Source of the DNA: Octopus sinensis
Taxonomy: Eukaryota
Length of the DNA: 64,000 bases
Direction: 5' to 3'
NCBI RefSeq assembly: GCF_006345805.1
Contig: NC_042999.1
Coordinates: forward strand, 18,352,001-18,416,000
Shown: positions 54,431 through 64,000 of the stretch, one piece after another
Layout: every line of letters begins with the position of its first letter
Numbering within the stretch: the first letter of the stretch is position 1
Made by a program: the position numbers and the translations under genes
Notes under the pieces: generated by a model
Told to the model about the DNA's origin: nothing
What the model saw: only the letters and a program-made list of their open reading frames with translations
Database searches by the model: none

Positions 54431-55199
54431 TTCTATGCCAATATTAAACACATGAATGCATAACAAACACTTTCTAAACGCACGCCTCCACGCACACACG
54501 AAAACTATGTGAAATTTCAAAAGTATTTCGGTTATATGTAATTCATAGTATAAATGAGCAAAGCATACTATATTATATTACATATATGATAGCTTCCTAA
54601 TGTGAAACTGTTCGGAATCTGCTGGACCCCGAATCGTATGAATTCGCGATTTCATCGGCATAAACACAAGCACAGTCTTGGACACATATTAACACATGTA
54701 AAAATAACCAGTTGTTCGAACAAAAATATGTGTGCATCTACATAAGGAGAGAGTGTCAGGTGTACTTTGCTTTTGATGGCAGACACAAATCATCGCTCGG
54801 TTTAACACAGTGGTCTTACAACACGACTAATTTTCGTATGACAAATATCGTGGAAAGTTCTCTTGTTTGAGTAGATCTCACTCAATTCCACACGCCCAAG
54901 TTACCTATTGAAGTGACATTCGAAATGCCTTCCATTTCGAGTAAATATATGTGTGTGCATATGTGTCTCTATGTATGCATACGTGTGGGCATGAATATAT
55001 AAACTTTCTCACGTTATATTTACGTATTTTTCACTCGTTGTTTGCGTCCTTTTCATATTATCTTTTGGTATTTTATTCTGTACTAATCCCCCATATGTAT
55101 ACGTGTTTTTCGCTAGTTTGTGAAGTCCTGTCTTAATGTGTATTATTTATTCATATATAATCGAACACCACATAGCCTCGTCTAGAGTAACGTTTATAT

Positions 55200-55685
55200 A
55201 TATAGGTCAACACTCTGCGACCAAACATTGTCTTCGTGTCTGAATCCACCAAGCAAGTGGTACTGCTGGTGTTGACGGACCCATGCGAAGATCGCCTGGA
55301 AGACGCTTTTGAGAGAAAGATCTTCAAGTACACGGGTCTGGTCAGTGACTGCCAGCGGTTTGGTTGGAGAGCGAGCTATCTCCCAGTGGAGGTTGGATGC
55401 AGGTGTCTCGCAGCCCGTTCCCTGAACACAGCCTTCAGCTTTTTTGAGATCGGGGGAGTGAGAAAGAGAAGGGCCATCCGCAGTACTCCCGATGCAGCAG
55501 AGAGGGCCTCAAGATGGCTGTGGATCAAAAGAGGTGAACATTGGGTTAGTTAGCTGGCCAACTGGACAAAAACTGGGGTTTGATCAGCTCCAGCTGGGTC
55601 ACATGTAGTAGGATGTATGATGTTGAAAGATCCGAAACACCCGATGATACCAGGCACATTACTGAAGATATGTACAGATACATCA
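55200..55685 (+). mobile_element. HERO-like (R2-group) non-LTR retrotransposon 3' end with RLE domain and 3' UTR
   Basis: TLRPNIVFVSESTKQVVLLVLTDPCEDRLEDAFERKIFKY...GWRASYLPVEVGCR...AAERASRWLWIKR (ORF 55236-55553 plus upstream codons). Confidence 0.8.
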
Positions 55686-58600
55686 ATCATTGATGTATGC
55701 ACACAACGAATATATATATAATGTATATGTATCCATAGTACATGCACACAAACACTATATAAGTGGGTATGGTTGCGTCCGTGTGTGTGTTTCTGTGTGT
55801 ATATTTAATGTATATAAATATATATGGTGTGCATGCGAATGTTTTAAATTTACAAACGTCTCGCTTGTGACACTTTATTATTCCAGACTTGATTATGTCA
55901 GACTTTGCATATTAGTAGAAATTTGCTCTCTCAAAACTTGTTCCAGACATTTCTTCCCTCTATAACGCATATTATCGTTATATCTAATTATTCTTTTCGT
56001 AGATTCATTATAAAATATTCCTTGGCTGTTCTGAATGCTATCGACACATTAGTATAGATCATACGAGATAAAGCCAAGTTTCGTAAGCCTATAATTACTT
56101 ATTGATTAAGAAATCGCTAAAACATATTCATTTACGTCTTAAAACAATTGGAATCACTGTAAATTGTCACTCTGAATTAATTGCTATAACATTATTTTTC
56201 AATTGCATTCATGAAAAACGTAGTTATGTTGTGTTCTTGCTCTGAATGGAAGTAAAATAACATTTATTTGTGCGAGACAATATTCATATTATAATATGTT
56301 TTGTCTGTTGCTTTTTTTCCCAATCTCATCCATATTATCTTGTAAGGTTAATAACCTACATACATCGGTATGTATATGTATGTGTTTTGTAATTGTGTGC
56401 TGTGCGTGTATGCGGCATGTGTGTGTGCTGTGTGTACAACTGAAATCATTACCGATTTTAAAGATTAATACCTTTCCTCATTGTGGAACATAAGACATCG
56501 TGGATTTTTTTCCATTTCTTCTAGCCTCTGAGTTATCTCCTCTGTTTCTTCCTATTTGGCTGCCAGCCCTTTCAGCTCCGTTTAAGAATTTGGACCTGGA
56601 GATCTCCATTTCCAGCGACTTCGAGGGCCACCTCCAACTGGTATCGGGCGTCAACGAAGAGCCCTCGACTACAACAAGACGACCAAAGTTTTTTTTCAAG
56701 GTCTGGGGTCTGCCGCCCCTAAGCCCTAGACCATCATCTAATCACACCTACCCGTCTTATTGCTTACAAACAACAAGCTCCACCGCAGTATCTATTTCCA
56801 GCTATTCTTTAGGTTGTCTTCCATCCTACCTCCCTTGTCTTTATAGATTTACCCAAGAGAAGCTTTTCTTTTCGCACGTCATTGATACCTTGGTAGTTTT
56901 ACTTCTATTTCTAGGTAATCTTCATGTTCCTCTGCAAACCCACATCTTCTTCCTGGACGAGGGATGCATATTAGCTTAATATCAAAACACTGAACCGTTA
57001 AGAATAAACTGCACCGCTAACAAAACACCAGGTTTCACTGAAGGCCTGAATCCGATACAACCAAACACAGAAATCATTAGACTGAATTACATATTCACCG
57101 CGATTTAAACACAGGTATTACTACCATGACAAGCAATACATATTGCAATATTTATGTATATTAGATTGTAACTTGAATTTGGCTATTTATAATAAATTTG
57201 AAATTTATGTACTTTGGCGAACAAACATGAACAAATCAATTTTCTTCATTGTCATTTAATAATTCGATATTTAATTTGCAAGTTCAATATTTTTTTTAAA
57301 TATCTAGTGAATAGAAAATAGTCGAAACGATTTCTTTTATATTCAGTAATAAAATGTATTTAAATTAAATATTACAATATCCGCAGTCAAGCAATGAGGC
57401 GTCACAACGTATAATTTCAGACGCTTTCCAGGCAACAACAATATCTGAACTAAAAATGAAGATATATTACTGGAAGAATATCATTCCTCTAAAGAAACAG
57501 TTAATATACATCAGCAGCAATTGGTTTATTGTAGGTTTCTCATCACAATTATTTTGTTCAGTTGTGATAAAGTTTGGATATTCATCTTTGGTCTCGGGGA
57601 AGAACATACTCCAAGTCGAGGAAAAAAAAAGTAAATGAAGATATCTCGGTTTCAAATATTTGGCAAAAGGACGACGGATTTAAAAAAAAAGTGTAATTTG
57701 ATTATATTACACTAGCATACAGCTGACACATGTGTTATCGACCGGCAAAAGGTGAAAAACTAAGTAATACTCGGCATGATTTGCACTCCGAACGTAAAGA
57801 CGGATGAAATACCGTTAAGCACCTTACTCAACGTCTTAATGAATCGGCCAGCTCACCACCTTCAACAGAAATATCAAAGTTTGAACAATTATTGCGGATG
57901 TGAATATCAATTACTTAAAAATAGAATCGTAAATTATGATGTAATTTGAATTCAGGTCTAGAGATGGGAATTCAGATTCGCTTGATCTTCTTAACAAATA
58001 CAACAAAATAATGAGTTGGCACATTTACATATAGGTATGGCTGCATAGTTTCCCGCTTGTATGTCTCAGGCGTGTACAGGCGTAAATGTATACAGATCTA
58101 TGCGCAATCAATATTATGGAGTCATATACGGAATTATAATTAAATACACACACTGAAGCACATTCTCACCATTCTGAGCAGTATAGATTTAAAAATTTTT
58201 TATCGAAAGAAAGATTATGAAATCGTCATAAGATTTGCTCGGACAGACGTTGGTTGGAAATACAAAATACAAAATTCCGGGCCTAGTGCCTAGTGTAGAA
58301 ATGATTAATATAGTGGTGCTTTTCTCTAGATATCCGTCCAGTAAATCGCACCGGCAATGCTCTTTCAAAAGTATTAATAACAATCACACATTTGTCACAG
58401 GTTTGACTCGGGCAAGTTCATGAAGAGAAATATCAAGATATATCCACTACAGATACTGCACGGTGAATGTTATGTAATTATTTCTTCATGAAGAGCTCCC
58501 CGAAATTGCATTTATCTCAGTACGGTACGCTCTTGTTATGGCAAAGACTAGAAATTTGCATCTTATACAGTGCAAAAAGAAACACCAAGACATGAGAACA

Positions 58601-59199
58601 TGTAAAGCATTAGCTCCCCTTGTTGGAGAATAACAACATTTTAAGCAAAAAAGATTAAAAAAACCCCATTCTACTAGTGTAATATATGTATGTGTAATAA
58701 TTAATGGCCAGCTGACATTTTAAACTTAACGCTCCTTTATATAAGCAGTAAATTATATCAGAAAATAAACATCTAAAATATGTTTTTAAATGTTGTGTAT
58801 TTATTGAAGAAATTATTACTCTGGTTATAATAAACTTGAAAGAACAGCTATTTGAAGCGAAGTGTCAATGACTTAATATAGCTGCTTGTATACCTGAAAA
58901 TTAGTGTTCGTTTATTAGCGTTTTTCAGATAATTTACTTCGTCTGTAAAATATTTTGAAATACGTTAAATGGATGATATGGCGGAATTTTGTTACGGAAA
59001 ATGAGATAATTTCAAAACAAAAACATGTAAAAGTTTTAAAACAGAAATAACTTTAAACAGTTTCGACTAGTTGTTGCAAAATATTACACGATATTACAGC
59101 TTCGTTTATATCAAACATTCCGTTAATTTCAAGATGAAAGATTATTGCTCAGACGGAATGTTATTTATACATTCGAACTCCAAGTTAGTGTGCAGGTAT

Positions 59200-59273
<74 letters not shown>

Positions 59274-59396
59274 TAAAAATACTAATAATAAAAATAATAA
59301 TAATAATAAATAAAATAATTTTAAATAATAATGGGTTAGATTCGCGATACACATTCCATATATCTAAATAAATATATGTATGTGTAAACATATATA

Positions 59397-59435
<39 letters not shown>

Positions 59436-59645
59436 GTAGAACTATATATAATATAAATATATAAATATAATTATAATACATATATATATATATGTTTATG
59501 TATATACCTGTATATTTATAATATATATGATATATATATATATATATTAATATATACTGTATACATGTATATACATATATATCATTCTCTTTCTCTCTCT
59601 CCTCTCTCTATCTATCTATTTATTTATCTATCTATATATATATAT
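59200..59645. repeat. (AAT)n and degenerate (TA)n tracts
   Basis: Directly visible. Confidence 0.95.
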
Positions 59646-59902
59646 GACCAGATACTAAATATAAAAAAATTGCATCAGTTCAACAGAAGATAGCCAGGAG
59701 GAGTTAGTTGCTAAATGATAGCAAGTAGAAAGATATATGATAGGATGTCAGTCAGAATATGAGTTATGTGTAAGGAAAATAAACAGGAAATATAAACATA
59801 AATATTCCTAGCGTATGTCCATATACATATACTCACGTATGCCTGCTTCATTAATACACACACACATACACATAAATGTATACATGTATATATATATATA
59901 TA

Positions 59903-59933
<31 letters not shown>

Positions 59934-60156
59934 TTGTGCAGCTGTCGTTGTCAATCGCGTCTTTGACATGGTTGTGTCCGTCCGTGATATTTATTGCGTG
60001 TGTAATTGTTTGTTTCTGTGTGTGTGTGTGTGTGTGTGTTTGTGTGTGGGTGCGTGACTGTACGAGTATGTGTATGAAAGTGCAAATATGCACACATCTA
60101 TACAGTGAGTGAAGGAGTGATCGAAAGAGAAGAAGCGGTAGAAAAAAGATTAATAC

Positions 60157-60199
<43 letters not shown>

Positions 60200-60210
<11 letters not shown>

Positions 60211-60540
60211 TGGGGGAGCATCATAGCCATGTGTTGAGAGGGATTCTTTGAGGTTTGAATAATTCACCTCTGGAAACATGGGTGGTTCTTTCAACATCCT
60301 TAAACACCCGTATTCAGGGACCTTTTGAGCTGGATGGGCTACTCAACCTGAAGAAAATCTAACTGGGCCCCACTTGCAAGGTCGTGCTGTTGATCTGATA
60401 TGAGATCACAATATCGCGCACATATGGTTGTGATGCATGTGCCTGGTGTACACTTATCAGACGGGTAGTCATGATGGGTATATTGGGCTTCGTATATTTT
60501 ACCCCAGTGTCACTTGATGGCATGAACTGCTCTCTCACTC
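60200..60540 (+). mobile_element. ~340-bp non-coding retroposon-like repeat within (AAT)n
   Basis: Homologous to 24223-24525 (minus); flanked by (AAT)n on both sides. Confidence 0.7.
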
Positions 60541-60589
60541 AATAATAATAATGATAATAATATAATAATAAAATATAATAATAATAATA

Positions 60590-60908
60590 ATAAGAAGAAG
60601 AAGAAAAGAAGAAGAAGGAGGAGGAGGAGAGGGAGGAGGAGAAGAAGAAGAAGAAAGAAGAAGAAAGAAGAAGAAGAAGAGAGAAAGAAAAGAAGAAAAG
60701 AAGAAGAGTTGAAGAAGAAGAACGGGAAAGAAAAAGAAGAAGAAGAAGAACAGAAGAAAAAGAAGAAAATGAGGAAGAAGAAGAAAAAGAAAAAGAAAAA
60801 GAAAAAGAAGAAGAGGAAGAAGAAGAAAAAGAAGAAGAAGAAGAAAAAGAAGAAGAAGAAGAAAAAGAAGAAGAAGAAGAAGAAGAAGAAGAAGAAGAAA
60901 AAGAAGAC
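60590..60908. repeat. ~320-bp pure polypurine (AAG/GAG)n tract
   Basis: Directly visible; only isolated pyrimidines. Confidence 0.95.
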
Positions 60909-61391
60909 ATGTGTATTTGATGAAACGCACTGAAGAAATAGAGGCTGAGGCACAATAAGTAGTGTCAATATCTTCCAGATCTAGATATTTCTGTATAGCA
61001 AAAAAAATGTAAAATTGTGATTCAGAGACACAGTGATATATGATGTATAAACGAGGCCATAAAATAGACAAATAAATCACTGTCATACGTCCATTTAGTA
61101 TGTACGCATATGTGGCTAATCTACATATAAATTGATGCGCGTAGGGTAAACAAAAATTACTCAGCCATAGTGTATATATAAACTCCGCACTTCTACAAGA
61201 GAAAATTCGACAACTTCCAACTGAATGTGATTTGCTTAGAACATTTGGAATGCTTTTCATTCCAATGCACATGTATATATATATAAAGAATATAGTTTCT
61301 GATTACCATGTGATGGCGTATACTCAGCCAATCTGTTCACTTGCGATGCAGATCAATTCGATGAGACCTAGTAATCCAACAAATAAAAACT

Positions 61392-61650
61392 AATTGCGCC
61401 CTTTTGAAGCCTAGCCAGGCTCATGGGCCCGGTTTCCCGGTTTCCCGGTTTCCATTGCATATGTGTTCCGAGCTGGATGGGACACCAGTCCATCGCAGCG
61501 TTACTCGTTTTTGCCTGCTGAGTGGACTGGAGTAACGGGAAATGAAGTGTTTTACTCATGAACACAACGCGTCTCCAGGTACAGGAATTGAAACCATAAT
61601 CTTACGATCATGATGCTGACACCCTAAACACTAAGCTACGCGCCTCCACA
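61392..61650 (-). mobile_element. SINE family 3-like element
   Basis: Reverse complement: GGAGGCGCGTAGCTTAGTG head, CTGCGATGGACTGGTGTCCCATCCAG internal segment, (GGAAACCG)n tail like 2693-2985. Confidence 0.75.
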
Positions 61651-62447
61651 GTAATGCAATGAGATGCCAATATTATGCGTAAAATCTAAACATTCTGACG
61701 CGGCAAGTTATATTTTAGAAAATTTGAAAACGTCTGTAAATTCTATAGCCACGTAAAGTCTATGGTTGCGTAATTTCTAGGGTTATGTAAATTCTGTGAT
61801 TAAACGTAACATTCAAAGAAACGATCAATACTTGCATTCAGTTATATGCGCCGTTCGTCCAAACAGACACGTGATGTGATGTTAAGAATTTACGCATGTA
61901 TATACCGCCAACATTGCCCTAACAACCTGAACGTTAGTTTCAAGGTTCATCCAAGGGTATGTAACATTTTATTTTAACCTTATACTACCTACCGTGTGAT
62001 ATTTATTTTCATTGTCTACTGCTGTGTGTTGAAGATGTCAATTAACGACAGAAACACTAAAACGAATAAACGAGCACAATCTCTGCTTCTGGTCTGAATG
62101 GGCCCTGAACTCTATGGATAATAAGAACGAAACTATGTACGTTAAACATGAATACAAAATAAAACACATACACATCATTTACATTATTTACATTTGACAT
62201 ATATTTGTCCTCATCATGTTTGCTGTTAATACAATATTTCGGCAGATATACCCTCCGTCTATTTCGTTGTTCACGTGTGAAGCTCACGTTGTCCAGCGTT
62301 ATTCATTACTTGCATTTCTTTAACATAAAAGACGTAAAACTTTGCTTTCTCTGATTCATCTCCTTCCTTCGAAATATTTTCCATGATGAAAGATACACTC
62401 CGAAACGTTGAATATTCTACCTCACACGGCAATTTCAATGTATATAT

Positions 62448-62861
62448 CTCTTTTATTCTCTTTTACTTGTTTCAGTCATTTGACTGTGGCCATGCTGAAG
62501 CACCGCCTTTAGTCGCGCAAATCGACCCCAGGACTTATTCTTTTGTAAGACTAGTACATATTATATCAGTCTCTTTTTTGCAGAACAGCTAGGTTACGAG
62601 GACGTAAACACACCAGCATCGATTGTCAAGCGATGTTGCGGGTACAAACACAGACACGCAAACACGCACATACATATATATATACACGCACACATACATA
62701 TATGCGACGGGCTTCTTTCAGTTTCCGTCTACCAAATCCACTCACAAGGATTGGGTCGGCCCGAGGCTATAGTAGAATACACTTACCCAAGGTGCCACGC
62801 AGTGCGACTGAAACCGGAACCATGTGGTTCGTTAGCAAGCTACTTACCACACAGTCACTCC
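62448..62861 (-). mobile_element. SINE family 1, full length
   Basis: Homology to the 1424-1860 copy. Confidence 0.9.
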
Positions 62862-63079
62862 TTTGTGTATTTTAAGAAATATAAACAAAGACATAAGGAG
62901 AAAAGAGATAAATACCAAATGCAGAATGATAGATATTTAGTAACAGTCAAATAATTGAGACGTTATTGTCAGAAATGAAAATATTTTGAAGGAATTTGAA
63001 ACATGATCACCAAAACATACGAGTACAAATAAATTATCAGCAGGGATGATTCAGACGGATAGAAACAAAAGGTAAACAT

Positions 63080-63239
63080 AGGTGTAGGAGTGGCCGTGTA
63101 GTAAGTAGCTTCCTACCAGCCACATGGTTCTGGGTTCAGTCCCACTGCGTGGCACCTTGGGCAAGTGTATAGCCTCGGGCCGACCAAAGCCTTGTGAGTG
63201 GATTTGGTAGACGGAAACTGAAAGAAGCCTGTCGTATAA

Positions 63240-63309
<70 letters not shown>

Positions 63310-63520
63310 TTGTGTGTCTGTGTTTGTCCCCCTGGCATTGCTTGACAACCGATGCTGGTGTGTTTACGTCCACGTAACTTAGCGGTTCGGCTAACGAGAC
63401 CGATAGAATAAGTACTAGGCTTACAAAGAATAAGTCCTGAGGTCGCTTTGTCCGACGAAAAGTTGGTGCTCCAGTATGGCCGCTGTCAAGTGATTGAAAC
63501 AAATAAAAGAGTAAAAGAGT
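63080..63520 (+). mobile_element. SINE family 1, full length
   Basis: Head GGTGTAGGAGTGGCCGTG through AAAAGAGTAAAAGAGT tail. Confidence 0.9.
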
Positions 63521-64000
63521 ATAATTTGACGAGTTAGAGAAGAATGTACATGTATATAGGTTGACTATTTCTTTCTAGTTGTTGGTTGTAGTAGAACAGT
63601 GTTATTTCATATAAGGCAACGATCTTAAATCCTTATCTGTGTAGGGATGATATTTCTAATGTCAAAACTTTGAACGTAAACACACAAAAAAGACAGCCTG
63701 ACGCACAGACAGATAGCTAGCTAGACAGAAGGAGAGAGAGAGATAAAGATAAAGATAAAGAGATACATATATCATCGTGGTTGTATAATATATAAGTATT
63801 TTTTGTTAAATTGCGAGATAAAATTTTCTTAAGATGGTGAATGAAGAGGTTTATATCGAAATCTATAATTGGCACGCCTACGCGCACGCATACACTCGCA
63901 CAGACACAAACACGCACCAACACATACACACATGCATCCATACATATATATATACACATGTGCGTATGCTTACATTTTGGTCCATACTTGTATGGACGAG

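Noticed and set aside
55600-55680. TGATG...GAAAC and CTGAAGA words in the HERO-like 3' UTR
   Set aside because: Order and pairing do not give a hammerhead topology.
56478-56979. 159-aa plus-strand ORF and GC-richer segment
   Set aside because: No recognisable motif; probably the antisense of a decayed retroelement, but I could not support a family call.
62370-62418. CATGATGA...GAAACGTT hammerhead-like relic
   Set aside because: Core is altered, stem II does not pair and position 17 is U. At most a dead relic, so not called as a ribozyme.

Overview
AT-rich, repeat-saturated animal DNA, most likely from an octopus (coleoid cephalopod). This is inferred from recognisable tRNA-headed SINE families and very dense (TA)n/(TG)n/(TAA)n microsatellites; no database was consulted. 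I found no intact or recognisable host gene, and almost all ORF-track entries are microsatellite translations. Supported content: about 10 copies of a CORE-like SINE, about 8 pieces of a second SINE, a mariner deletion derivative, a MITE, a Helitron-type 3' end, and decayed LINE pieces (R4/Dong-like, HERO-like, CR1-like, L1/Tx1-like ORF1). There are also two Penelope-like GIY-YIG remnants and a 974-bp tandem duplication. The most striking signal is RNA-level: type I hammerhead ribozyme (HHR) folds from four unrelated repeat families, plus decayed relics of others. (1) A 1.86-kb structure at 17.0-18.9 kb is made of 478-nt HHR-bearing units, two tandem on each strand, arranged head-to-head. (2) A 272-bp-arm palindrome at 47.5-48.1 kb has an HHR with a long stem II. 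(3) A canonical minimal HHR lies at 19.2 kb. (4) A four-copy family has a non-canonical CCGACGA core, including a 75-bp-arm palindrome at 10.3 kb. An R4/Dong-like LINE relic also appears to carry two tandem, in-frame restriction-like endonuclease domains. Ribozyme activity is predicted from manual folding only.
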